DNA of 62,529 nucleotides from Nitrospirota bacterium (GTDB taxonomy: Bacteria; Nitrospirota; Thermodesulfovibrionia; Thermodesulfovibrionales; UBA9159). The stretch is taken from NCBI GenBank assembly GCA_037441365.1, contig JBBISG010000005.1:1-62529 (forward strand). The letters run 5' to 3'. Of the stretch, positions 19,061 through 27,424 are shown in pieces. Both the position numbers and the translations under genes were made by a program. The notes beneath the pieces were generated by a model. That model was given only the letters and a program-made list of their open reading frames with translations, did no database searches and was not told where the DNA came from. Position 1 is the first letter of the stretch, and every line of letters begins with the position of its first letter.

Positions 19061-20746
19061 TCACTGTTCATCTATGGACAGGCAGCCTTTGCCAGCTATA
19101 ATGACAAAGGTCCTGAAGAGAAAGACGTCTGAGGCTGAAAATTCTTTCATCAGTTTGAGCTCCTGTTCGCCATTTACCATATCTCCCCTAAAACTGCCAG
19201 GCCTCTCACCTGACAGGATGGCAATAAGGGGGCCTCCTTTATTATCTGTTTCATAGTAGAACCGAGGCAGTTTAAGCTCATATGTAAAACGGAGGGGTGA
19301 GGTTTCGATGCCTTGTGATGGCAACATCTGTCCCTGACGATAGAGAATCCTTTTAGTTGTGAATAGGTCGAGAATCGGTATCGCAGCTTCTGTATTGCCG
19401 ATGGGGGTCTTCTGTGGAAGGGTATAGACCTCTACAGTTTCACACCCGAGGGTGTCGAGGTATCTGCCTGCATCTCTCAGGTTTATAGCACCTGCCCTGT
19501 TCAGAAATGGCAGAAAACCGAAAAACAGGGTAACAGCCGATGAGGCTGCAACACAGAAAACTATGAACCTTTTAATCTCCCTGTCCGCTATTATGTGAAG
19601 CCCGTATGAGGCCATGAGCGTGAAAAGCGGAAATAACGGAAGGATGTATCTAATCCGCTTAACATGAAGAGTGAGGATGAAGACAGCAAACCATCCTGCT
19701 ATGAGAAATCTCCAATCCCTTTTCTTGATGGCAATCGGTACTGCAATCAATGCAAGTATGGTGATGAATGGATGGCTCTGGAAAAGGAATGTGGAGCTAA
19801 AGCCTTCATGCCAGCGCTCCAGGCCAGGCCACTGATAAGAACTCAGTAGCGCTATCTGTGACCTGAAGACATCGTATTTTATCAGGAACAGAGACCCTGA
19901 AAGGATACAGACGATAAACATTATCATACACATGTTAAGGATGGCCTTCCTCCTGTCCTGTGCAGGGCAGACAATGGCTGCTACTGGTAAGATTGAGAGC
20001 ATCAACACTGCGGAGAACTTCGAAAAGATGGCAAGGAACACTGACAGTGAAGCCAGCAATATCCAGAGAATTCCACCCCCTCTGACGGACCTTATAAAAA
20101 CAAATATCGAAAGTGTTAAGAAAAACATGGTCGGGATGTCTACAAGCATAAGTGGAACCTGTGTCAGGAGATAAGGGATGCCGAGAAGCAATATCCCTGC
20201 AGAGAGGCCTGTTTCCCTGTCCCAGAGGAACCTGCCGAGGAGATAAGTTACCACGGCTGTAAGTGAAAAAAGAAGGGTATTAAAGAGCTGGATGAAGATT
20301 CTCGACTCTCCGAGGTATCTGAATATAATGCCATAAAAAAAGGGGACTACAGGCATGTCTGTCCAGGCAAATATTTCTCTCCCCCATTCCCTGAAGAAAT
20401 AGCTTATCCCGTAAAGCTCAAGATATTTTGCCTGAATAAAGTATCTCGAGGCATCAAGGATGACCTCGGGCTCTTCCCAGAGGGGCAGAACAGTTACAAA
20501 CGAGAGTATAAAGAGGAATGGGGCAGGGTGTCTTTCTGGGAAGGAGAGTTTCGAGAAAAAAAACGAAAGGACTATCCCGACGATGATGAAGGATAACACC
20601 CTTCCTATCCCCGTGTCTGAAAATACCCATCTCCAGCTTGTTAGGGTATTGTCATCAAGATTGCGAAGGGTGTAGAGAATTGGCAATATAATCAGTGTCA
20701 GAAACGAAACTATCAGGATAGAGTCTGTCTTTTCGAGCCTTCCCAA
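19061..20746 (-). CDS. GT-C fold membrane glycosyltransferase (ArnT/PMT, GT39/83-like)
   Basis: About 12 TM helices, ILDASRYF, DMPVVPF, AIFSKFS, RYILPLFP; TTG start. Confidence 0.8.
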   Translation of the reverse strand: MGRLEKTDSILIVSFLTLIILPILYTLRNLDDNTLTSWRWVFSDTGIGRVLSFIIVGIVLSFFFSKLSFPERHPAPFLFILSFVTVLPLWEEPEVILDASRYFIQAKYLELYGISYFFREWGREIFAWTDMPVVPFFYGIIFRYLGESRIFIQLFNTLLFSLTAVVTYLLGRFLWDRETGLSAGILLLGIPYLLTQVPLMLVDIPTMFFLTLSIFVFIRSVRGGGILWILLASLSVFLAIFSKFSAVLMLSILPVAAIVCPAQDRRKAILNMCMIMFIVCILSGSLFLIKYDVFRSQIALLSSYQWPGLERWHEGFSSTFLFQSHPFITILALIAVPIAIKKRDWRFLIAGWFAVFILTLHVKRIRYILPLFPLFTLMASYGLHIIADREIKRFIVFCVAASSAVTLFFGFLPFLNRAGAINLRDAGRYLDTLGCETVEVYTLPQKTPIGNTEAAIPILDLFTTKRILYRQGQMLPSQGIETSPLRFTYELKLPRFYYETDNKGGPLIAILSGERPGSFRGDMVNGEQELKLMKEFSASDVFLFRTFVIIAGKGCLSIDEQ

Positions 20747-20751
20747 TATCT

Positions 20752-21054
20752 CTACAGGATAATGACCCTGTCAGAATTATGGTTCATCGCGGCATTATTG
20801 TACTGGCTTCCGCAGATGATATCTTTTGATATACCTTCGGTCCTCACACCGAGCCTTTTTGCACTGTGGTCACAGAAACTCATGGTAACGCCTTGAAGGC
20901 TGCAGAGTTCGGTATATGAAGGGTTTTCGAGAAGCCTTGTTCCATCATCCATGGCGAATATCGAAACCTCATGCCCCTTTGATATGGCCGCCCTTGTGAG
21001 TCCTATCACTGCCTCGATGTTTTTATCTGTATTAACTAATATCCCGAGTTTCAT
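20752..21054 (-). CDS. DsrE-like sulfurtransferase family protein
   Basis: MKLGILV...GHEVSIFAMDDG...FCDHSA...SDRVIIL. Confidence 0.8.
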   Translation of the reverse strand: MKLGILVNTDKNIEAVIGLTRAAISKGHEVSIFAMDDGTRLLENPSYTELCSLQGVTMSFCDHSAKRLGVRTEGISKDIICGSQYNNAAMNHNSDRVIIL

Positions 21055-21066
21055 CTTTTGCCTCCA

Positions 21067-21240
21067 TCACCATGGTATTACCTTATCAGCCGTGGCGATA
21101 AGGTCTATAATCTGGTTGTAGTCTTTGTTGACTCTAATATCGACAACAGTAACCTCGTTATTTTTTCTATGCATATCCATGATCTTCTTAACCGTTTCGT
21201 CAGGGTCCTGTCTCAAAAGGTATAATATCTTCATGTCCAT
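21067..21240 (-). CDS. 57-aa DsrH/TusB-like protein (not in the ORF track)
   Basis: Manual translation: MDMKILYLLRQDPDETVKKIMDMHRKNNEVTVVDIRVNKDYNQIIDLIATADKVIPW*. AGAGGTG RBS; DY..IIDLI...DKVI.W C-terminus typical of DsrH. Confidence 0.8.
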   Translation of the reverse strand: MDMKILYLLRQDPDETVKKIMDMHRKNNEVTVVDIRVNKDYNQIIDLIATADKVIPW

Positions 21241-21258
21241 CACCTCTTTATCGATCTT

Positions 21259-21531
21259 TTAGTATGGTAATATATGATCATACTCAAGGAGCCTCTGGGC
21301 AATCTCCTCTGTGGAGATATACTCCAGTCCTTCATTCCCCCTGTGGTTTGTATACACACGCATATCCATTTCTCTCATCGTCTCGAGATTAAGCAGATTG
21401 TCCTCCGACTCTTCTACCTTCCTGTCAAGCACATATACATCGATCAGATCATCCATCAGTGTTATGCCCACCGCCATCCTCATGGCCTCGCCCTGTCTGT
21501 CCCTGACTAATACAGCTATCTTCTTTGCCAT
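21259..21531 (-). CDS. DsrF-like small protein
   Basis: MAKKIAVLVRDRQGEAMRMAVG...EEIAQRLLEYDHILPY; GGAGG RBS precedes ATG 21531. Confidence 0.7.
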   Translation of the reverse strand: MAKKIAVLVRDRQGEAMRMAVGITLMDDLIDVYVLDRKVEESEDNLLNLETMREMDMRVYTNHRGNEGLEYISTEEIAQRLLEYDHILPY

Positions 21532-21785
21532 CTTGCCGCCTCCTGTTTCTTTATCCTGAAACGGAATAATCCGTCTTCCTCGCCTATCCTGATCAGGCTG
21601 CACCCTGCCTTTGAGCACAGCATCGGTATGGCATCCCGCGTGCCGGTGTTATTCGTGATCACATCAAGGACACTCCCAGCATGCATCCCCTTTAATGTAT
21701 TGGCGATCACAATTGTCGACAGGGGACATGACATCCCCCTGACATCAAGCACCCTATCCACCCTATCGAGAGGTTCCTGACCCAT
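21516..21785 (-). CDS. tusA: Second TusA family sulfur carrier
   Basis: LDVRGMSCPLS, GSVLDVIT. Confidence 0.85.
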   Translation of the reverse strand: MGQEPLDRVDRVLDVRGMSCPLSTIVIANTLKGMHAGSVLDVITNNTGTRDAIPMLCSKAGCSLIRIGEEDGLFRFRIKKQEAARWQRR

Positions 21786-21799
21786 ATATTAGCATATAA

Positions 21800-21815
21800 T
21801 GCAAAGATGATGCCA
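21800..21815 (-). promoter_or_regulatory. Sigma54 -24/-12 promoter of tusA-dsrFHE-like-GT-C operon
   Basis: Minus strand TGGCATCATCTTTGCA; it would give a nearly leaderless transcript. Confidence 0.7.
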
Positions 21816-21869
21816 GAATCAGGAATTGAAAAATCTCTTTGATTATTTTTATATTATTGAGGGGAGGTT

Positions 21870-23534
21870 ATGGCGGGCTGGATATATTTCCATATCACTG
21901 AAGACTACTTTATCTTTCTGGTATGCGTGGTTATTGCTGCCAGGGTCGTAAGGATCCTTAAATCAAAAAACCAGAATTTAGATGCAGAGAAAAGGAGCAG
22001 GCTCTTTATCTTTGGTTCAGGCTTTGTGATCCTCGGTTTAAGCAGCTTTATCCATGCCTCGATCCACGCCCTGTCGCTTGATCCGAACTCCCTGTACCAG
22101 ACACTGTTTGGCTACTCCTTCGGCCTTTTTACACTCATAATCGCAATCTCTTCAGAGAGACCGTGGAAGATAAGGGCCCTGCCGCTGCTGTATCTTCCCA
22201 TGCTTTTACTCCTTATACCCGATGTCTTTGAGAAATTCCCCCTCTTTGTTCACTTCAGACCGCTTATGTGGGTTATAGTCTCTTTATCCTCGGGTATTGT
22301 ATGCATGCTCTACATAGCCACCTTTTACCGAACAAGGAATAGAAGGTTTCTCTATTCAGCCTCGGGCCATGCGATTGTCTGCCTCTCAGCCATAGTGCTG
22401 TTCTTTCCAGCAGCCATTGGAACGGGTGCGTGGATCTACGGCCACATATTGAGGCCACTCGGTTTCGGAATACTCTTATTCAGTGTGACGAGTAATGAGC
22501 TCATGGAACTTAAAGGCAGCATCCTCTACAAGGCTATATCCTCCTTCAGTCTCCTTGCAGCTATCCCGCTACTTGTCTTTGGCACAGTCATGCTTTATGA
22601 AAATATCAACCCTGTTAATGTCTTTGAGAAAAAGGTGATAGTATTCATGCTCTTGCTTGTGACGCTTGTTTCTGCACTCATATTCGGTCTCAGCATGATC
22701 ATAAGGCTGATACGGCCGATACTGAAACTTAAGAGCTCCGTTGATACCCTCGTTGAAGAAGGTTTTAACAAAAGGATAGAAATAAGCAGCAATGACGAGA
22801 TAGGGGAGCTGTCCAGCGCATTTAACGGGATGGTTGTCAAGCTCCGACAGGCCATTGCAGAGCAGGACAGGCTCAGCAGACTGGCTGCGACAGGCGAGCT
22901 TGCAGCCACTCTCGCCCACGAGATAAAAAACCCGCTCAATGCCATCAGCGGCTGCGCCACATATATCGGAAAGAACTTCAGGGGACATTTAATTGAGGAG
23001 TTTGTGAGTATAATTAATGATGAGGTGTCGAGGATAAACAAGCTCACAATGACACTGCTGAATTTTGCCAGGTCTGTAAAGCCTGACCTCCGGCCATCAG
23101 ATATAAACAAACTCGTCAATGAGACCATCACACTCCTGAGCGGCGAGTTCAGCGAGCGCGGTGTGAGTGTCGGCAAGGAACTCTCGGAGCGTATCCCGCT
23201 GATCAGCCTCGACTACAACCAGATAAAACAGGTGCTGATAAATCTCCTCGTCAACTCCTTTGATGCCGTAGAAAGGGGAGGCACAATTAAGGTAAGGACA
23301 TTTCTTTCGAATGGAAATGTGCACATCTCTGTAGAGGACAATGGTAAGGGCATCAGACAGGAGGATATAGGGAATATCTTCAACCCCTTTTTCACAACAA
23401 AAACGAGAGGAACAGGTCTCGGTCTTTCTATCTCGAGAAAGATTGCAAGGGAACATAATGGTGATATAATAGTTGAGAGTGTCCCGGGCATGGGGAGTAA
23501 GTTCACGATCCTTTTGCCGGCTGTAATAATATGA
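21870..23534 (+). CDS. Membrane sensor histidine kinase (multi-TM sensor, HAMP, HisKA, HATPase)
   Basis: About 8 TM helices, DEIGEL HAMP, AHEIKNPL, DNGKGI, GTGLGL. Confidence 0.92.
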   Translation: MAGWIYFHITEDYFIFLVCVVIAARVVRILKSKNQNLDAEKRSRLFIFGSGFVILGLSSFIHASIHALSLDPNSLYQTLFGYSFGLFTLIIAISSERPWKIRALPLLYLPMLLLLIPDVFEKFPLFVHFRPLMWVIVSLSSGIVCMLYIATFYRTRNRRFLYSASGHAIVCLSAIVLFFPAAIGTGAWIYGHILRPLGFGILLFSVTSNELMELKGSILYKAISSFSLLAAIPLLVFGTVMLYENINPVNVFEKKVIVFMLLLVTLVSALIFGLSMIIRLIRPILKLKSSVDTLVEEGFNKRIEISSNDEIGELSSAFNGMVVKLRQAIAEQDRLSRLAATGELAATLAHEIKNPLNAISGCATYIGKNFRGHLIEEFVSIINDEVSRINKLTMTLLNFARSVKPDLRPSDINKLVNETITLLSGEFSERGVSVGKELSERIPLISLDYNQIKQVLINLLVNSFDAVERGGTIKVRTFLSNGNVHISVEDNGKGIRQEDIGNIFNPFFTTKTRGTGLGLSISRKIAREHNGDIIVESVPGMGSKFTILLPAVII

Positions 23535-24880
23535 AGGGCAACATACTTGTAGTGGATGATGAAATTAACACACTGAAGGTGCTTTCAGCCACCCTCAGGA
23601 GAGAGATGTTTAATGTAGAGACGGCAAAAACTGGTGAAGATGCCCTTTTGCGGCTGGAAGGCAACCATTATGACCTCATCATCTCTGATTTCAAATTGCC
23701 AGGCATTGACGGAGAGGCCTTACTGGAGAGAGTGAGGTCCATGAACCCGGCAACTCCATTCATCCTCCTGACCGCCTACGGGACCATAGAGCGTGCAGTA
23801 AATGCAATGCGGAAGGGGGCATATACCTATCTCACAAAGCCCGTGGATATAGATCACCTTATTACGGTTGTGAAGGATGCATTGAGGGAGAGGATTTGTA
23901 AACCTGCTGATAAGGATGCAAATCAATTCCTTAATATCATCGGCAGGTCATCAGCCATGCAGGAGGTCTTCTCGCTCATCCATCGTGTGAGCAAGACCGA
24001 TGCAAATATTCTCATACTCGGCGAAAGCGGGACGGGCAAGGAGCTTGTAGCAAGGGCTATTCACTACACATCCATGAGGGCAGACAAACCCTTTATACCT
24101 ATAGACTGCACAACTATCCCTGCCGAGCTTATGGAAAGTGAACTCTTTGGATACGAAAAAGGCGCCTTTACCTGTGCCTATAATGCAAAGGTAGGTCTTA
24201 TAGAGATGGCGGATGGGGGCACTATCTTTTTTGACGAGATCGGAGACCTCGATTTTGTATTACAGAAAAAACTCCTGAGGTTTCTCCAGGAAAAGGAGTT
24301 TCACAGATTAGGAGGGAAAAACAGCATCAAGATCGATATAAGGATCCTTGCTGCAACCAACAGAAATATAGAAGATGCTGTAAAAGGGGGAAAGTTCAGG
24401 GCAGACCTTTATTATAGATTAAATGTTATCACTATACATATACCGCCCCTGAGGGAGAGGAAAGAGGACATCCCCTTGCTTGCCACACACTTCCTTCAGG
24501 TCTTCAGTGATAAAAATAAAAAGAATATCTACGGTTTTGACTCGAGGGTAATGGAGTCTCTGGTTAATTATGATTGGCCTGGCAATGTGAGAGAGCTCGA
24601 AAATGTAGTAGAACGGTCAGTTATCCTCTGCAGCAGCGATCAGATAAGCCTTGACTGTCTCCCGGGCAAGCTTAAAACCTTTACGAAAAATGAGCCTATT
24701 GATAATAACTTTAACCTCCTCGAAACAGAGAAAAGGGTCATTCTCAGGGCACTTAATGCTGCAGGATGGAATCAGACAAGGGCAGCAGAGATACTCGGCA
24801 TCACCCGCAAACAGCTCAGGACAAAGATGAAAAACCATAGATTGTTCCAGGACAGGGCTGCATCCGATCAAAGGGCCTGA
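23531..24880 (+). CDS. Sigma54-dependent response regulator (NtrC family: REC, AAA+, HTH)
   Basis: VVDDE, GESGTGKE, GAFTCA (variant of GAFTGA), FFDEI, WPGNVREL, NQTRAAEILG. Confidence 0.93.
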   Translation: MKGNILVVDDEINTLKVLSATLRREMFNVETAKTGEDALLRLEGNHYDLIISDFKLPGIDGEALLERVRSMNPATPFILLTAYGTIERAVNAMRKGAYTYLTKPVDIDHLITVVKDALRERICKPADKDANQFLNIIGRSSAMQEVFSLIHRVSKTDANILILGESGTGKELVARAIHYTSMRADKPFIPIDCTTIPAELMESELFGYEKGAFTCAYNAKVGLIEMADGGTIFFDEIGDLDFVLQKKLLRFLQEKEFHRLGGKNSIKIDIRILAATNRNIEDAVKGGKFRADLYYRLNVITIHIPPLRERKEDIPLLATHFLQVFSDKNKKNIYGFDSRVMESLVNYDWPGNVRELENVVERSVILCSSDQISLDCLPGKLKTFTKNEPIDNNFNLLETEKRVILRALNAAGWNQTRAAEILGITRKQLRTKMKNHRLFQDRAASDQRA

Positions 24881-26454
24881 TGCGTTTCTGTACAGCTATT
24901 GTCTGCCTTTTTGCAATCATATCCGTGCCCTCCTGCACATCCTCGAATCGTCTCGATGGGTATATATACTACAGGCTGAATGCGAATCCATCGACCCTTG
25001 ACCCTGCCCTGATAGTTGATGTGACAGGTGGCAGTATAGCAGCAAAGATCTTCAATGGACTTGTAAGACTCGATGAAGACCTCAGGGTTATACCAGATAT
25101 AGCAGAAGGATGGACTATATCTGATAATGGAATGACCTTCAGGTTCATACTCAGGCGTGGTGTAAGATTCTCTAATAATCGGGAAGTTAAAGCTTATGAC
25201 TTTAAGTATTCCTTTAAAAGAATTCTGGACCCTCAGGCCCGGTCACCGAACACATGGGTCTTTGAGAAGGTAAGGGGTGCAAGGGATTTCATGGAAGGAA
25301 GGGCAGGGGATGTCTCGGGCATAAAGGTCATTGATGATTATACCATCGAGATCAAATTGGAGAGGCCATTTTCCCCCTTTCTTTATCTCCTTACAATGAC
25401 CGCTGCTTATGTAGTTCCAGAAGAAGATGTTGTAAGGCTGGGCCCTGACTTCTCAAACCGCCCAACAGGCACAGGTCCGTTCATTCTGAGACAATGGGTG
25501 CCAAACAGGGAGATAAGGCTCGAAAAGAACAACGACTATTTTGGTGAAAAGGCAAAGGTGAAGGGGATCGTATACCGCATTATCTCGGAAGACCTGACAG
25601 CGATGACCGAGTTTGAACTCGGAAATCTTGATGTGATTACTATCCCTGCCTCAGGTCTGGACCGTTACAGGAGCGACTCGAAGTGGAAGCATCTTGTAAA
25701 TTCTGTAGAGGGGATCAACACCTATTATATCGGGATGAACTGCTCGAGGCCGCCATTTGATAATGTCAATCTCAGAAGGGCGATGAACCTCGCCATTGAC
25801 AGAGGAAAGATATTAGACACATTCTATGAAAAGAGGGGACGGCTCGCTGCAGGGCCTGTGCCAGACCTTTTGAGGAGATGGGGTAGACCTGCTTACTATG
25901 AGTACGACCCTGAAAGGGCGAGAGCGGTTGTCAGGGAAAACGGTCTAACAGGCACGACTGTGAATTTCTATATCACTGCTGACCAGGAGGTCGTGGATAT
26001 GGCAGAGTTTATCCAGTCTTATCTCAGGAAGGCAGGTCTAAATGTGAAGATAAGGCAGCTCGAATGGAGTGCTTACAAGGAGGCCATTAACAAGGGCGAG
26101 CCCGATATGTTCTGGCTGAGCTGGTGGGCAGACTATCCTGACCCTGAAAACTTCCTGTTTCCCCTCTTCCACTCATCCAACGTCGGAGCCGGAGGAAACA
26201 GGGCAAGATACAAAAACCCTGAGGTTGACAGGCTTATCGAGCTTGGACAGACAGCAGTGGATGAGAAGGAGAGGCATGCAGCCTATGAAAGGGCAGAGAG
26301 ATTGATAGTTGATGATGCACCATGGGTCTTTTTCTGGCACAGACAGGATTACACGCTCAGACAGCCGTGGATCAGGGGTTACAGGATTTATCCTGTATAC
26401 AACATTGATAAGGGGACGGGTATCGAGAAATCAGCATCAGGCATTAATAATTAA
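24880..26454 (+). CDS. ABC transporter substrate-binding lipoprotein (family 5, peptide/nickel)
   Basis: PSTLDPA, FNGLV, PTGTGPF, WWADYPDPENFL; no permease genes adjacent. Confidence 0.9.
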   Translation: MRFCTAIVCLFAIISVPSCTSSNRLDGYIYYRLNANPSTLDPALIVDVTGGSIAAKIFNGLVRLDEDLRVIPDIAEGWTISDNGMTFRFILRRGVRFSNNREVKAYDFKYSFKRILDPQARSPNTWVFEKVRGARDFMEGRAGDVSGIKVIDDYTIEIKLERPFSPFLYLLTMTAAYVVPEEDVVRLGPDFSNRPTGTGPFILRQWVPNREIRLEKNNDYFGEKAKVKGIVYRIISEDLTAMTEFELGNLDVITIPASGLDRYRSDSKWKHLVNSVEGINTYYIGMNCSRPPFDNVNLRRAMNLAIDRGKILDTFYEKRGRLAAGPVPDLLRRWGRPAYYEYDPERARAVVRENGLTGTTVNFYITADQEVVDMAEFIQSYLRKAGLNVKIRQLEWSAYKEAINKGEPDMFWLSWWADYPDPENFLFPLFHSSNVGAGGNRARYKNPEVDRLIELGQTAVDEKERHAAYERAERLIVDDAPWVFFWHRQDYTLRQPWIRGYRIYPVYNIDKGTGIEKSASGINN

Positions 26455-26464
26455 AGGCTGGCCA

Positions 26465-27424
26465 TTATATATCCTTATCTGCTTTAGCGCCTTCTTTCCT
26501 CCTGTCCTTTACCACCACGCTACCCGGGGTCATCTTGGCCAGCCTTTTTAGTTCTGCTGCAATATCAGAGACCTCTCCGACGTGCCTTATCTCCCTGTGT
26601 GTATTACTCACAACCGCGATCGATATGGACATGAGCGGAAACATGTTTTGCCTCCCCTGACGGTCAAATCCCTCTATAAAACCCTTCTCTCTCGCCTCCT
26701 TATCGTAGAAGTATGGGATGACCCTATCAAATGTCTCTGTGATTCTGTTGCAGATGGGGTCGACCTTCTCAGGCGTTGTTACAAGGATGAAGTCATCACC
26801 TCCTATATGACCGAGGAAGTCGTCACTGTTACCGAGGTCTTTTATCGCTTCCATAATGATCTGGGCTGTCAGCTTTATTACCCTGTCACCTTTAAAGAAC
26901 CCGTAGGTGTCGTTATATGCCTTGAAGTTATCGAGATCGCAGTAGCACGCCGCAAAAGGGGATCCCTTCTTTATCCTTTCTGATATAGCCTTCTCTATAG
27001 AGACATTACCAGGCAGTCTTGTGGTCGGGCTTGCGCTGTATCCCTCATCAGTCCGCTCAAGGAGCATCTCCACCCTTGCGCTGAATTCCAGAGGAGAAAA
27101 TGGTTTGGTTATATAATCAGAGGCGCCGAGGATGAGGCCTTTGGCCTTTTCCTCTGCCTTTTCGATGGCTGAAAGGAGGATCACAGGGATAGACCTGGTT
27201 CTTAAATCCCCCTTCAGCTCACCCAGTATCTTGAAACCATCGATGTCAGGCAGTATTATGTCGAGGATGATAAGGTCAGGCATCTCCCTATTTATTATTT
27301 TCATTGCCTCTGTGCCGCTCCTCGCCTCCAGCACCGCATATCCGAGATTCTCCACAACCCTTTTGCTCTGTCTCAGGGTGATCTCATCATCGTCTACAAT
27401 AAGGAGCCTTTTCCCCTTTTTCAT
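26465..27424 (-). CDS. Response regulator diguanylate cyclase (REC-GGDEF)
   Basis: IVDDD, LIILD, DLDNFKAYND, GGDDF. Confidence 0.9.
   Translation of the reverse strand: MKKGKRLLIVDDDEITLRQSKRVVENLGYAVLEARSGTEAMKIINREMPDLIILDIILPDIDGFKILGELKGDLRTRSIPVILLSAIEKAEEKAKGLILGASDYITKPFSPLEFSARVEMLLERTDEGYSASPTTRLPGNVSIEKAISERIKKGSPFAACYCDLDNFKAYNDTYGFFKGDRVIKLTAQIIMEAIKDLGNSDDFLGHIGGDDFILVTTPEKVDPICNRITETFDRVIPYFYDKEAREKGFIEGFDRQGRQNMFPLMSISIAVVSNTHREIRHVGEVSDIAAELKRLAKMTPGSVVVKDRRKEGAKADKDI

Noticed and set aside
17112-21785. Selenocysteine in YeeE/TusA/DsrE proteins
   Set aside because: Catalytic positions are ordinary Cys codons, and the TGA codons seen coincide with the expected C-termini.
26465-27424. 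Hypr-type cGAMP-producing GGDEF enzymes (also 52281-53201)
   Set aside because: Both keep Asp at the specificity position (KGD, RGD) rather than the Ser/Thr of Hypr enzymes.
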